A DNA stretch of 32,000 nucleotides from Pseudoalteromonas tetraodonis (GCF_002310835.1 NZ_CP011041.1:180001-212000); one strand, 5' to 3'; numbered from the stretch's first letter, positions 1-9,776 are shown. The notes: a model not told the origin generated them from the sequence alone. Program-made: numbers and translations.

Positions 1-435
1 CAACTTGCAGCTATAATGCAAGAGCTAGGGTACGCGCCACAAGTTAATTATACAAGTCGTTCAAATCATTTTTATGGTGATGGCAATATAGGCTTTTATT
101 TAAAAAATGCTGATGCCAATAGAAATTTTGTTATGCCTAAACAGCTGAGAACAACTCATTGCAGCGAAGATAAATACAATGATTTAGCAGTCAAATTTGC
201 AAATGAAGCTGTTGAGTTTACATTACCAAGTGGCGCAATCGTGAGGCTAAACTGGGAATATTTATATGGTTATGTTGTTGTTTATTTTAAAGACTATTCG
301 CAAACATACAGTCATTCGCAGCCGCTTGTAAATACCCCCTTTGGCGCCAAGCCGTCAGATACCTACACATATACCGCAAGCGTTAACACCCCTGGTTGGC
401 TTGATTGCTCACTACAAATTGTTTATATGGACTGA
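1..435 (+). CDS. Hypothetical protein, C-terminal part (5' end lies outside the window)
   Basis: Frame 1 is open from position 1 (QLAAIMQELG...), so the listed ORF 16..435 is probably the tail of a longer gene. I recognise no motif. It is Tyr/Thr/Asn-rich with 2 Cys, which is compatible with a secreted protein. Confidence 0.4.
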   Translation, partial: QLAAIMQELGYAPQVNYTSRSNHFYGDGNIGFYLKNADANRNFVMPKQLRTTHCSEDKYNDLAVKFANEAVEFTLPSGAIVRLNWEYLYGYVVVYFKDYSQTYSHSQPLVNTPFGAKPSDTYTYTASVNTPGWLDCSLQIVYMD

Positions 436-436
436 T

Positions 437-895
437 TTAACCGTGGGTTTCTATATGTTCGCTTAGTTTAGCTATGCGCAGGCTCATTCCTTCAATAATA
501 CGGTCTTTAATTTTTTCGCGTATAACATTAGGTAGGCGGGTAAGGGCATCGGCAGTAATAGCCAGTACGATGGCATTTTCTTTGGCGCGTGCATTAATGC
601 TGCGCTCTCGGTTATTAATAAACGCGCCCTCACCAATAAATTCACCAGGCTCTATACTACCCAGTTCCAGTAGGTGACTATGCTTAAACACCATCAAAGA
701 GCCACTGAGGACAATAAAAAGTCGCTTGTCATTATCAAACTCTTTAAATAAAAACTGATTTTTACTTACTAAGTATAATAATCCAAACGACTCTAAAAGA
801 ATTTGACGTTCATTAAGCGTGAACTCTTTAAAGAATTCTAAGCGATTTATAATTTCCATTTGCTTAAACAAAGGGATGTTTTCAATTAACTTCAT
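437..895 (-). CDS. Stand-alone cyclic-nucleotide-binding (cNMP/CAP-effector-like) domain protein
   Basis: The layout matches a cNMP-binding beta-roll (FLFKEFD...LFIVLSGSL...EPGEFIGEGAF...RSINARA), and there is no DNA-binding HTH. The track start at 898 is TTG. The ATG at 895 with AGG about 9 nt upstream is more likely. It lies 28-31 nt downstream of ntrC on the same strand. Confidence 0.7.
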   Translation of the reverse strand: MKLIENIPLFKQMEIINRLEFFKEFTLNERQILLESFGLLYLVSKNQFLFKEFDNDKRLFIVLSGSLMVFKHSHLLELGSIEPGEFIGEGAFINNRERSINARAKENAIVLAITADALTRLPNVIREKIKDRIIEGMSLRIAKLSEHIETHG

Positions 896-926
896 CAATA
901 ACCTAGGGCGCTAGCCTTATAAAATA

Positions 927-2312
927 TCAGCTAATATTGCGCTCTTTTAATTTACGGGTCAACGTATTGCGACCCCAACCAATTTTTACCGCGGCTTCTT
1001 GCTTATGGCCTGAACAATTAGCGAGTGCTGTTTTTATTAAGCGGGTTTCCAGCTGGGCTTGAATATCCGGCCAAATATTTTCTTTACCTTGTTTAAACTC
1101 TTGATTAAGCCATTGCTGAAATGAATCTAGCCAATCGCCTTCTTGAGTTGCGGCGGCATTATCAATAATTTCAGGGGGTAAATCTTGCTCACCAATCAGC
1201 TCCCCAGGTGCCATTACGGTTAACCATCGACAGGTGTTTTCAAGCTGGCGAACATTTCCTGGCCAATTAAATAAACACAGTTGTTTAATCGCTTTAGGGC
1301 TAAGTACTTTACTATCTACTTGCAGGTCTTTTGCACTTTTATGTAAAAAGTGTAGCGCTAAGCGTTCTATGTCTTCGGGGCGCTCGCGTAGAGCCGGCAA
1401 GCGTAAGCGAACCACGTTTAAACGATGAAATAAGTCATCTCTAAACTTACCTTGTTTTACCAGCTCTTCTAAATTTTGGTGAGTGGCAGCAATGATGCGC
1501 ACATCCACTTTTATACTTTGATGGCCGCCAACGCGGTAAAACTCGCCATCGGCTAATACGCGTAACAAGCGGGTTTGTACATCAAGTGGCATATCACCTA
1601 TTTCATCCAAAAATAAGGTACCGCCATTGGCTTGTTCAAAGCGCCCTTTACGCACGCTATCGGCCCCCGTAAAAGCGCCTTTTTCATGGCCAAATAATTC
1701 AGACTCAACTAACTCTTTAGGAATAGCGGCCATATTAAGAGCAATAAATTGGTTTTCTTTACGCGGGCTGTGATTGTGCAAGGCGCTGGCAACCAACTCT
1801 TTACCGGTACCTGATTCACCATTGATGAGTACGCTCATACTGGATGCTGAGAGTTTGCCTATAGCACGAAACACTTCCTGCATAGCAGGGGCTTCGCCAA
1901 TAATATGAGCGCTTTTGGGTGGCGCGCTTTTTCGTTTGGTTTTTTTGGTCGAATTAGCACGATAGGCGCTTTCCACTAGCGCAACGGCTTCATTTAAATC
2001 AAACGGTTTAGCTAAGTACTCAAACGCACCTTTTTGAAAAGCATTAACCGCTGAGTCTAAATCAGAGTGTGCGGTCATAATAATAACGGGTAGGCCAGGG
2101 GTTTGCTCAGCTATCAGCTCAAGTAACGCCATCCCGTCCATCCCCGGCATTCTTACATCTGAAATTAACACACTGGGTTGACTAAATTTTAGTGCATTAA
2201 GAACGTTTTGCGCATCTGCAAAGCTTTCTACTTCAAACCCTGCGCGAGTCAGTGCTTTTTCTAGTACAAAGCGAATTGAGGCATCATCATCTACAAGCCA
2301 AGCTGTTTTCAT
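927..2312 (-). CDS. ntrC: Nitrogen regulation protein NR(I), sigma-54-dependent response regulator NtrC
   Basis: It has a receiver domain (VDDD...SDVRMPGMDG), an AAA+ sigma-54 activator core (GESGTGKE Walker A, GAFTGA loop, ESELFGHEKGAFTGA) and a C-terminal Fis-type HTH. It starts 15 nt after ntrB. Confidence 0.95.
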   Translation of the reverse strand: MKTAWLVDDDASIRFVLEKALTRAGFEVESFADAQNVLNALKFSQPSVLISDVRMPGMDGMALLELIAEQTPGLPVIIMTAHSDLDSAVNAFQKGAFEYLAKPFDLNEAVALVESAYRANSTKKTKRKSAPPKSAHIIGEAPAMQEVFRAIGKLSASSMSVLINGESGTGKELVASALHNHSPRKENQFIALNMAAIPKELVESELFGHEKGAFTGADSVRKGRFEQANGGTLFLDEIGDMPLDVQTRLLRVLADGEFYRVGGHQSIKVDVRIIAATHQNLEELVKQGKFRDDLFHRLNVVRLRLPALRERPEDIERLALHFLHKSAKDLQVDSKVLSPKAIKQLCLFNWPGNVRQLENTCRWLTVMAPGELIGEQDLPPEIIDNAAATQEGDWLDSFQQWLNQEFKQGKENIWPDIQAQLETRLIKTALANCSGHKQEAAVKIGWGRNTLTRKLKERNIS

Positions 2313-2327
2313 GCAAACTCCAAAGTA

Positions 2328-3401
2328 TTAATCTGTAAATGGCAGATAAATATTAAATTCAGTATGTCCTGGCCAACTATCGCATTCGATATAGCCATCA
2401 TGTTGATCAATCAAGGTTTGCGCTATAGATAATCCAAGTCCCGAGCCACCTTCTTTATTAGTGGTCATAGGGTAAAATAAGGTGTCGCGTAAATTAGCAT
2501 CAATACCTGGGCCGTTATCCATTACTTGAATAAGCAATGCCTTTTTAGGGGCTTTTCCCGGGCGACGATGCTGATAATTAATCCGTGTTTTTATTTTTAT
2601 TTCGCCACCATCCACCAATGCCTGTTGCGCATTACGCACAATATTAAGCACCACTTGTTGAACCTTGCTCTGATCAATATAGACATCAGGAATACTCGGG
2701 TCGTAGTCTTTAACTAACCGAATATCGCGGTTGTTATCTAACGTACTGAGTTTAACAACCGACTCTAATGTTTGATGTATATTGCCATACGATTTTTGCG
2801 GTAGTTGGTTAGGCCCAAGGAGTCTATCAACTAATTCACGCAACCGATCGGCTTGTTCAATTATCAGTTCTGCACATTGATCTCTTTCTTGTTGATCACC
2901 CTCATACTGCAATAATTGCGCCGCCCCGCGAATTCCACCCAGCGGGTTTTTAATTTCATGGGCTAAACCGCGAATTAAGTTACGTGCAGCTTGGTATTGA
3001 TGCATTTGATTTGAGACTTGGTCATGTTTTATTTCGTCATCGGTTTGTCGACATTCAAATAAAATATAATAGGTGTCGTTATGTTTTATTCGCCGAGTAC
3101 TCACCGCTAATTTTGCATGGCGAGAATCGATAAACACCACGTCAGCCCTGTGCTGGTGGCAGTCTACACCATCAACTAACGAGTACTGTGCAATGCGTTT
3201 TAAGTCGATAGAATGGTAGTTAAATAAATCGTCGAATGCTTGTCCTAGCAAACGTTTTTCGCCTAAGCCAAGTAATTCACTGGCACTGGTGTTAGCGTAA
3301 ATAAGCTGAAAGCTTTCATCAAGTAACATCAGGGCGGTTGTTTGGTTTTGCCAAATTATATTCAGTAGCTCTGGGCTAAAATGTGTTTTATTAATCATCA
3401 T
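2328..3401 (-). CDS. ntrB: Nitrogen regulation sensor histidine kinase NtrB (NR-II)
   Basis: It has a PAS-like N-terminus, the H-box LAHEIKNPLGGIRGAAQLL and HATPase motifs (NAQQA, DNGPGI, GGSGLGLS). The position upstream of ntrC is classic. Confidence 0.93.
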   Translation of the reverse strand: MMINKTHFSPELLNIIWQNQTTALMLLDESFQLIYANTSASELLGLGEKRLLGQAFDDLFNYHSIDLKRIAQYSLVDGVDCHQHRADVVFIDSRHAKLAVSTRRIKHNDTYYILFECRQTDDEIKHDQVSNQMHQYQAARNLIRGLAHEIKNPLGGIRGAAQLLQYEGDQQERDQCAELIIEQADRLRELVDRLLGPNQLPQKSYGNIHQTLESVVKLSTLDNNRDIRLVKDYDPSIPDVYIDQSKVQQVVLNIVRNAQQALVDGGEIKIKTRINYQHRRPGKAPKKALLIQVMDNGPGIDANLRDTLFYPMTTNKEGGSGLGLSIAQTLIDQHDGYIECDSWPGHTEFNIYLPFTD

Positions 3402-3418
3402 TGCACCATTTTAGTGCG
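3402..3418. promoter_or_regulatory. Putative NtrC (NR-I) binding box immediately upstream of the ntrB start codon
   Basis: TGCACCATTTTAGTGCG compares with the remembered NtrC consensus TGCACCA-N3-TGGTGCA. Its 16-nt core is 15/16 identical to a box upstream of glnA (5657-5672). Confidence 0.5.
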
Positions 3419-3478
3419 CCTGGGAAGGTAGGCAAGGTTTTTAGAAAATATACGCTAAACACGCGTACTTAATTGTAA

Positions 3479-4015
3479 TTATCGACCTATGTTAAGGCCT
3501 TTACGGTGCATAAAAAATACACTGTCAGGACTGGTTGCAATTACCTGATTTTGTTTATTATAAAGTTTAACTTGCAGTGTGTGTTGGCCTCGCTCCACAT
3601 CTCTTAACGCCAGTGTAGTGGTGTCACTAGGTTCACCAATGGCAACGCCATTTAAAAATAAACCAATGGTAAATCCAGCTTCAAATCGAGGGGCAATACG
3701 GGTAGAGACATACACAGAGCCGGTGTTTTCCCTGATAGTTTGGTTTGGTTCAGGCGATGAAATACTAATACTAAACTTTACTGCTGTTTTAGTAGGAGCA
3801 GTATCAAGAATATCGGTGTTTGTAGCGGGCATGCTGAGATGTTGGCTCGTGAGTTTAACCTCTTTAGCGCCAGGCTGAGGAGTATCTGAAAAAACCAACA
3901 CCCCATTTTTGTCTTTCCATGCGTAAATTTTTTTATCGCTCGCATGGCTATTAAGGCTTAACATTAAAGCTATTAATAGCAACAAAATCTTACCTACCAT
4001 CCAGCTATCCTGCAT
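3479..4015 (-). CDS. DUF4124 domain-containing periplasmic protein
   Basis: A signal peptide is followed by the DUF4124-type motif IYAWKDKNGVLVFSDTPQPG. It lies between glnA and ntrB. Confidence 0.65.
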   Translation of the reverse strand: MQDSWMVGKILLLLIALMLSLNSHASDKKIYAWKDKNGVLVFSDTPQPGAKEVKLTSQHLSMPATNTDILDTAPTKTAVKFSISISSPEPNQTIRENTGSVYVSTRIAPRFEAGFTIGLFLNGVAIGEPSDTTTLALRDVERGQHTLQVKLYNKQNQVIATSPDSVFFMHRKGLNIGR

Positions 4016-4060
4016 TGTTTAAACTAACTTCACTTTAGTGTAGAACCGTTAAATTTACCA

Positions 4061-4085
4061 TAAAAAAAGCCCGCAAAGCGGGCTT
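4061..4085 (-). terminator. Rho-independent terminator of glnA
   Basis: The minus strand reads AGCCCGC-TTT-GCGGGCT followed by TTTTTTT, about 30 nt after the glnA stop. Confidence 0.8.
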
Positions 4086-4114
4086 AAAACACACATTATT
4101 TATCGGTTAATAAA

Positions 4115-5521
4115 TTAACAGCTGTAGTACATTTCGAACTCAACAGGGTGAGTTGTCATGTTAAGTTTTTCAACTTCTTTTGACTTAAGTGCGATGTAAG
4201 CATCGATTAGGTCATTGGTGAATACACCACCTTGGTTTAAGAATTCACGGTCTGAATCAAGTGCAGCTAGTGCTTCATCTAATGATGAGGCTACTGTTGG
4301 AATTTCTGCCGCTTCTTCAGCTGGTAAGTCGTATAAATCCTTGTCCATAGCATCGCCAGGGTGGATCTTGTTTTTAATTCCGTCAAGGCCAGCCATAAGC
4401 ATTGCTGAGAAAGCAAGGTATGGGTTAGCTGTTGGATCTGGGAAGCGTACTTCGATACGACGACCTTTTGCAGATGGCACAACTGGAATACGGATTGACG
4501 CCGAACGGTTACGAGCCGAGTATGCAAGCATTACCGGAGCTTCAAAACCAGGTACTAAACGTTTGTACGAGTTAGTTGACGCGTTAGCAAAAGCGTTGAT
4601 CGCTTTAGCATGTTTGATGATACCGCCAATGTAGTAAAGTGCATCTTCAGAAAGTCCGCCGTATTTATCACCTGCGAATAAGTTTACGCCATCTTTTGCT
4701 AAAGACTGGTGACAGTGCATACCAGAACCGTTATCACCAACAACCGGCTTAGGCATAAATGTTGCCGTTTTACCGTAAAGGTGAGCCATGTTGTGGATAA
4801 CATATTTCATTTCTTGGATTTCATCGGCCTTTAACACCATAGTATTAAAACGCGTTGCGATCTCGTTTTGACCGGCAGTCGCCACTTCGTGGTGATGCGC
4901 TTCAACAACTTGACCCATTTCTTCTAAAACTAGGCACGTTGCAGAACGCCAATCTTGGAAATCATCAACAGGTGCAACTGGGAAGTAACCGCCTTTAACA
5001 CCTGGGCGATGGCCTGTATTGCCATCTGCATATTCTTTATCTGAGTTCCAAGCTGCTTGCTTAGAATCAATTTTATACATTGAACCTGACATGTCAGATT
5101 TGTATTTAACATCGTCAAATACGAAAAACTCTGGTTCTGGGCCAAATAAAACAGTGTCAGCAATACCCGTAGAGCGCATGTACTCTTCAGCGCGCTTAGC
5201 AACTGAGCGAGGGTCGCGTTCGTAACCTTGTAATGTAGAAGGTTCAACCACGTCACAACGAACGATTAGTGTTGTTTCTTCTGTGAAAGGGTCAAGTTTA
5301 ATTGAATCTGCATCTGGTAGTAACACCATGTCTGATTCGTTGATGCCTTTCCAGCCAGCAATTGAAGAACCGTCAAACATCTTTCCATCTTCGAAAAAGT
5401 CTTCATCAACTTGATGATGAGGAATAGAAACATGTTGCTCTTTACCTTTTGTGTCAGTAAAGCGTAAATCAATGAACTTAACGTCATTTTCTTTAATAAA
5501 ATCTAAAACCGATTGTGACAT
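4115..5521 (-). CDS. glnA: Glutamine synthetase, type I
   Basis: The 468-aa product is collinear by eye with E. coli GlnA ([38 protein letters not shown]). The adenylylation-site context DLYDLP is conserved. Confidence 0.97.
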   Translation of the reverse strand: MSQSVLDFIKENDVKFIDLRFTDTKGKEQHVSIPHHQVDEDFFEDGKMFDGSSIAGWKGINESDMVLLPDADSIKLDPFTEETTLIVRCDVVEPSTLQGYERDPRSVAKRAEEYMRSTGIADTVLFGPEPEFFVFDDVKYKSDMSGSMYKIDSKQAAWNSDKEYADGNTGHRPGVKGGYFPVAPVDDFQDWRSATCLVLEEMGQVVEAHHHEVATAGQNEIATRFNTMVLKADEIQEMKYVIHNMAHLYGKTATFMPKPVVGDNGSGMHCHQSLAKDGVNLFAGDKYGGLSEDALYYIGGIIKHAKAINAFANASTNSYKRLVPGFEAPVMLAYSARNRSASIRIPVVPSAKGRRIEVRFPDPTANPYLAFSAMLMAGLDGIKNKIHPGDAMDKDLYDLPAEEAAEIPTVASSLDEALAALDSDREFLNQGGVFTNDLIDAYIALKSKEVEKLNMTTHPVEFEMYYSC

Positions 5522-5577
5522 GTGTCCTCCAACTATTGGGTTTTATTATTGCTGCTTAGATACGTTGAATACTTATA

Positions 5578-5593
5578 AGCTGATTTTGTGCCA
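5578..5593 (-). promoter_or_regulatory. Sigma-54 (-24/-12) promoter of glnA (glnAp2-like)
   Basis: The minus strand reads TGGCACAAAATCAGCT, with GG and GC spaced exactly as in TGGCAC-N5-TTGC. E. coli glnAp2 is TGGCACAGATTTCGCT as I recall. The -12 element lies about 57 nt upstream of the glnA ATG. Confidence 0.7.
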
Positions 5594-5655
5594 CTATTAT
5601 AATTATTTGTTTTTTATGTAAAAAAATATAAATAAAATAAAGGTGATATAGATTA

Positions 5656-5672
5656 AGCACCATCTTAGTGCG
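5656..5672. promoter_or_regulatory. Putative NtrC enhancer site 1 upstream of glnA
   Basis: AGCACCATCTTAGTGCG lies about 70 bp upstream of the sigma-54 promoter. It is a near-duplicate of the box at 3402-3418. Confidence 0.55.
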
Positions 5673-5676
5673 TAAT

Positions 5677-5693
5677 TTTTCCAAAATGGTGCA
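5677..5693. promoter_or_regulatory. Putative NtrC enhancer site 2 upstream of glnA
   Basis: In TTTTCCAAAATGGTGCA the right half-site TGGTGCA is perfect and the left half is weak. Its centre is 21 bp (two helical turns) from site 1. Confidence 0.4.
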
Positions 5694-6029
5694 ATATTTA
5701 CAAAGCAATAATTGCTTGTAAATTAATCACCTTAGACTAGCACAAAGAAAATGCAAAATACGCAGTAAAGTTGCTTTAAATTAACCCAAAACCATCTTTT
5801 TATATAAATATCTAAAAATTAATTATCATAATTAATTATTTTAAAACAATGGGTTAATTATTTTATTGAGAAAGTTTGAAATTTTATTTTGGATAAACTT
5901 TCATCCATTCCATTTATAGGGGATAATATGCGCCCTTTTAAATCCTATGCTGGGACATCTCGTGAAAGCGCAGGTGAGAACGTATAGCCCCTGCAGGATC
6001 AATGAGATTCAATTTCTCTGAGTGAATAT

Positions 6030-7853
6030 ATGAGCATCGAAAAGTTAAGAAATATAGCAATTATCGCCCACGTTGACCACGGTAAAACAACACTGGTTGA
6101 TAAACTACTTGAGCAATCAGGTACATTAGAAACACGCGGCGGTAATGAAGAGCGCGTGATGGATTCAAACGACATTGAAAAAGAACGTGGTATTACCATT
6201 TTAGCGAAAAACACCGCTATCTCTTGGAATGATTACCATATCAATATCGTAGATACTCCTGGACACGCCGACTTCGGTGGTGAAGTTGAACGCGTACTTT
6301 CGATGGCTGACTCAGTATTACTACTTGTTGATGCTCAGGAAGGTCCAATGCCACAAACGCGTTTCGTAACGCAAAAGGCATTCGCGCAAGGCTTAAAGCC
6401 AATCGTTGTTATCAATAAAATTGATAAGCCAGGTGCTCGCCCTGATTGGGTTATGGATCAAATCTTTGATTTATTCGACAACCTAGGCGCAACTGATGAA
6501 CAGTTAGACTTTAAAGTAATCTACGCATCAGCAATCAATGGTTGGGCTACATTAGATTTAGACGAAGCATCTGATAACATGGAACCTATGTTCAAGATGA
6601 TCGTTGACGAAGTATCACCACCGGATGCAGATCCTGAAGGTGACTTCCAAATGCAGATTTCACAGCTTGATTACAACTCTTATAAAGGTGTAATTGGCAT
6701 TGGTCGTATCAAACGCGGTTCAGTTGTACCTAACCAACAAGTTACGGTTATTAGCGCTGACGGGTCTAAACGTAACGGTAAAATTGGTTCAGTACAAAGC
6801 TACTTAGGTCTTGAGCGTATTGACACTGACAAAGCTTACGCTGGTAACATCGTAACGGTAACGGGTCTTGGCGAGCTTAAGATTTCAGATACGCTTTGTT
6901 GTCCTAACAACGTTGAAGCATTACCTCCACTAAGTGTTGATGAGCCAACAGTAACGATGACGTTCTCTGTAAATAACTCACCTTTCTGTGGTAAAGAAGG
7001 TAAGTTTGTAACATCACGTAATATCCGTGAGCGTTTAGACAAAGAATTAGTACACAACGTTGCACTTCGCGTTGCAGACACTGATAACCCAGATAGCTTC
7101 CGTGTATCGGGTCGTGGTGAATTACACTTAGGTATCTTAATCGAGAACATGCGTCGTGAAGGTTACGAGTTAGCGGTATCTCGTCCAGAAGTTATCTTAC
7201 GTACTGTTGATGGTGTGTTAGAAGAACCGTATGAAACACTAACAATTGACTGTCAAGAAGAGCACCAGGGTTCTATCATGGAACAAATTGGTCTTCGTAA
7301 GGGTGAGCTTACTGATATGGCCCCAGATGGTAAAGGCCGTATGCGTTTGGACTTTATGATCCCAAGCCGTGGTTTAATCGGTTTCCAAACTGAGTTCATG
7401 ACGTTAACATCGGGTTCTGGTTTACTTTACCATACGTTCGATCACTACGGTCCGCACAAAGGTGGCGAGCTAGGTGTTCGTAAGAACGGTGTAATGATTG
7501 CAAATGCAACAGGTAAAGCACTAACTAACGCATTATTTAACTTACAAGAGCGCGGCCGTTTATTCATCGGTCACGGTGTTGAAGTATACGAAGGTATGGT
7601 TATCGGTATTCATAGCCGTGATAACGACCTTACAGTTAATGCGCTTAAAGGTAAGCAACTTACTAACGTTCGTGCATCTGGTACCGATGAAGCACAAACA
7701 CTAACACCAGCTCTTAACTATTCACTTGAGCAAGCGCTTGAGTTTATTGCTGATGATGAGTTAGTAGAAGTTACACCTGAGAACATTCGTATTCGTAAAC
7801 GTCATTTAACTGAAAATGAGCGTAAACGTGCGGGTCGTGCGCCAAAGTCATAA
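6030..7853 (+). CDS. typA: Translational GTPase TypA/BipA
   Basis: GTPase motifs [17 protein letters not shown] and NKID are present. At 607 aa it has EF-G-like architecture. It is divergent from glnA, as in enterobacteria. Confidence 0.95.
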   Translation: MSIEKLRNIAIIAHVDHGKTTLVDKLLEQSGTLETRGGNEERVMDSNDIEKERGITILAKNTAISWNDYHINIVDTPGHADFGGEVERVLSMADSVLLLVDAQEGPMPQTRFVTQKAFAQGLKPIVVINKIDKPGARPDWVMDQIFDLFDNLGATDEQLDFKVIYASAINGWATLDLDEASDNMEPMFKMIVDEVSPPDADPEGDFQMQISQLDYNSYKGVIGIGRIKRGSVVPNQQVTVISADGSKRNGKIGSVQSYLGLERIDTDKAYAGNIVTVTGLGELKISDTLCCPNNVEALPPLSVDEPTVTMTFSVNNSPFCGKEGKFVTSRNIRERLDKELVHNVALRVADTDNPDSFRVSGRGELHLGILIENMRREGYELAVSRPEVILRTVDGVLEEPYETLTIDCQEEHQGSIMEQIGLRKGELTDMAPDGKGRMRLDFMIPSRGLIGFQTEFMTLTSGSGLLYHTFDHYGPHKGGELGVRKNGVMIANATGKALTNALFNLQERGRLFIGHGVEVYEGMVIGIHSRDNDLTVNALKGKQLTNVRASGTDEAQTLTPALNYSLEQALEFIADDELVEVTPENIRIRKRHLTENERKRAGRAPKS

Positions 7854-7878
7854 TCTATTAATTTAGAATCATGATTTT

Positions 7879-7915
7879 AAAAGCCGCTGTATTGCAAAAT
7901 ACAGCGGCTTTTTTG
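7879..7915 (+). terminator. Rho-independent terminator of typA
   Basis: AGCCGCTGTATT-GCAA-AATACAGCGGCT forms a 12-bp perfect stem followed by TTTTT. Confidence 0.88.
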
Positions 7916-8063
7916 TGGATAATAGTTAGCCAGAGAAGAGCGTAAGTCCACAGGTTAAAGCATCGCAGTTGGTTCGATACTGTTAAACAGTTTTTAATAT
8001 TGAACCTAAAAGAGGTATTAAGTTATTATCAAAGCTATATTTACTATGTGCGTGTGAGCTAGT

Positions 8064-8339
8064 GTGAATACCGAAAATGAAATTATGGCAAAACTAGAGA
8101 TAGAACATATTGCTGAACTGCAAAAATATAAAGATGAATTTGAAACGTTAGGAAAAAATGATTGGGGCTTGAAAGATCTCATATCAATCTTTTTACCCTT
8201 TATTTTGTTATCAATTGCTAATAGCTTCTATGATATTGAAACTGAAATATTTCAAATAATATGTTTTATTTTCCTTGCTTCAGCTGTGGTGCAGGGAATG
8301 ATTAGGGAGCAGACCAAAAAAAACAAATCGCAGAATTGA
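8064..8339 (+). CDS. Hypothetical small membrane protein (ORFan-like)
   Basis: The 91-aa ORF has a GTG start (alternative ATG at 8085) and two hydrophobic segments (ISIFLPFILLSIA, IICFIFLASAVV). It is very AT-rich and I recognise no homology. Confidence 0.3.
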   Translation: MNTENEIMAKLEIEHIAELQKYKDEFETLGKNDWGLKDLISIFLPFILLSIANSFYDIETEIFQIICFIFLASAVVQGMIREQTKKNKSQN

Positions 8340-8533
8340 TTTGCTTCTTAAAATTATTAATCATGAGCAAAAGGGTGGCTGAAATTAGCTTTATTAGGGC
8401 GCAGCGCTCTTTATATAAGGAAAAACGTGCTTGAGAATTAAATAATCTATATTGCAAAGTCTCTGTTTTTGTTAATAGGGTATTTTTGTTGGGTTTCGCT
8501 TAGCTCAACCCAACCTTCGTTATCAATTATTAG

Positions 8534-9286
8534 TTAGTGATTACTTACTTTCGGTAGCAAGGTGATTTTCCCAAATACATCTGCATCTATAAATCCACGG
8601 TTTCTGTCACCGTTCACTGGCTTTACTTCGTGTGAGCCCATAAAGTGCTCACGAACTTTACTGCCGTCGTTATCGCAATATGCGAGCATAAAGCCAATAA
8701 CGTGTTTTTCAGTTAATTTAAGCGGAGTGTTTTGTGCGCCTTGTTGATAATCATTCGGGTAGAGTTTTATCGCCACTTCCCACGTGATGTTATAGGGCGC
8801 AGTGGTATTACGCTTCCAGCTACTAACTAAGTGGTCGGTATATAAATGCGCTTTTTTATCAGGGCCATAATCGGCTGCTTGGTTATCAAGACCAATGTGA
8901 TAAGCAAACGCGGTATGATTAAACTGATGATTCCCGCCCGATGCGTCACTATCTATAAACACTTCTAAGGCATCATCATCCCAGTATTTATCAGTTGGAT
9001 TTGGGTGAGTATCAATCAGCACATCGTCACTAATATCTGCTTGTAAATACAAGTAGTTTTCATCCCATAGAAGACGGTAGCGGCCTTTAAAATCGGCATC
9101 TGATGAGGGAAGTGCGCCATCCATTAGGTGCGGCATAGGATGCCATGTGGCGCTATCCCATGTACTTTCAGAGACACCATCAATAATAATAGCTGTTGAT
9201 GTATAACTAACTTCAATAGCCATAAGTGGTTGGGTGAAAAGTAAACTAAAAGCGAGTAGTGTTTTTTTCATTAATAAGCTCATCAA
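8534..9286 (-). CDS. Secreted CBM9/DOMON-like carbohydrate-binding family protein
   Basis: A signal peptide (KKTLLAFSLLFTQPLMA) is followed by the pattern WDENYLYLQADISDDVL...DDALEVFID, typical of family-9 carbohydrate-binding-like domains. The true start may be the downstream MKK (9271). Confidence 0.55.
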   Translation of the reverse strand: MMSLLMKKTLLAFSLLFTQPLMAIEVSYTSTAIIIDGVSESTWDSATWHPMPHLMDGALPSSDADFKGRYRLLWDENYLYLQADISDDVLIDTHPNPTDKYWDDDALEVFIDSDASGGNHQFNHTAFAYHIGLDNQAADYGPDKKAHLYTDHLVSSWKRNTTAPYNITWEVAIKLYPNDYQQGAQNTPLKLTEKHVIGFMLAYCDNDGSKVREHFMGSHEVKPVNGDRNRGFIDADVFGKITLLPKVSNH

Positions 9287-9350
9287 TTAAAGATGATTTA
9301 GCTTGGCTTAAATAGCAATTAAAAACAATCTCATAGTTGTATTTATTATA

Positions 9351-9776
9351 TTAACTTATTGCCCCAGTTATGCTTGTTTTTAATGCCAACATTAATAAAT
9401 GCGCGCTTTCACCCGACATTTTAAAAGGGTTAAAGTCAATGTTACCCGAGTATTTTAGATTAAGTAATTCGGTTAGCTGTGATTGCGGCACATAGCCCAT
9501 TGACCATGTTTCAAACTCTCTTTCGGGAATTTGGGTATAGTTGAGCATAATTACATTGTGGTGGCGTTTGTCATTTAATATTTGTTGATAGGTATTATTA
9601 ACAGCGGTTCTGGAGCCTTCAAGGCATTGTAAAAAGTACTCATTACTAAAACATAACATGCCGGTGACATTTGTTTTTACATTGTAGGTTCGCGCACTTT
9701 GTAAAATATTTTCTATATCTTCAGGCCCAAAACCACTACTTATTTTACTGGCGTAAATGAGTCGCACAAGAAACAT
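9351..9776 (-). CDS. Short BLUF-domain blue-light photoreceptor
   Basis: The BLUF signature layout is present: RLIYASK..., DIENILQSAR..N....TGML, FLQCLEG and W.MGY. At 141 aa it has no output domain. Confidence 0.85.
   Translation of the reverse strand: MFLVRLIYASKISSGFGPEDIENILQSARTYNVKTNVTGMLCFSNEYFLQCLEGSRTAVNNTYQQILNDKRHHNVIMLNYTQIPEREFETWSMGYVPQSQLTELLNLKYSGNIDFNPFKMSGESAHLLMLALKTSITGAIS

Noticed and set aside
4061-4114. A possible GlnZ-like sRNA derived from the glnA 3'UTR.
   Set aside because: The 3'UTR is only about 30 nt plus the terminator hairpin. That leaves no room for a seed region comparable to the enterobacterial GlnZ, and nothing in the sequence supports it beyond position.
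7965-7983. GCAGTTGGTTCGATACTGT resembling a tRNA T-arm, possibly a tRNA fragment or att remnant.
   Set aside because: Only a 4-bp stem with a 9-nt loop can form. No acceptor stem, D-arm or anticodon arm is found nearby, and there is no adjacent integrase. It is most likely chance.
8488-8514. Hairpin GTTGGGTT-(11 nt)-AACCCAAC downstream of the CBM9-like gene, considered as a terminator.
   Set aside because: No U-tract follows it on the minus strand (AAAAAT follows instead), and on the plus strand it is 150 nt from the nearest weak ORF. I did not call it as a terminator and mention it only as a structure.
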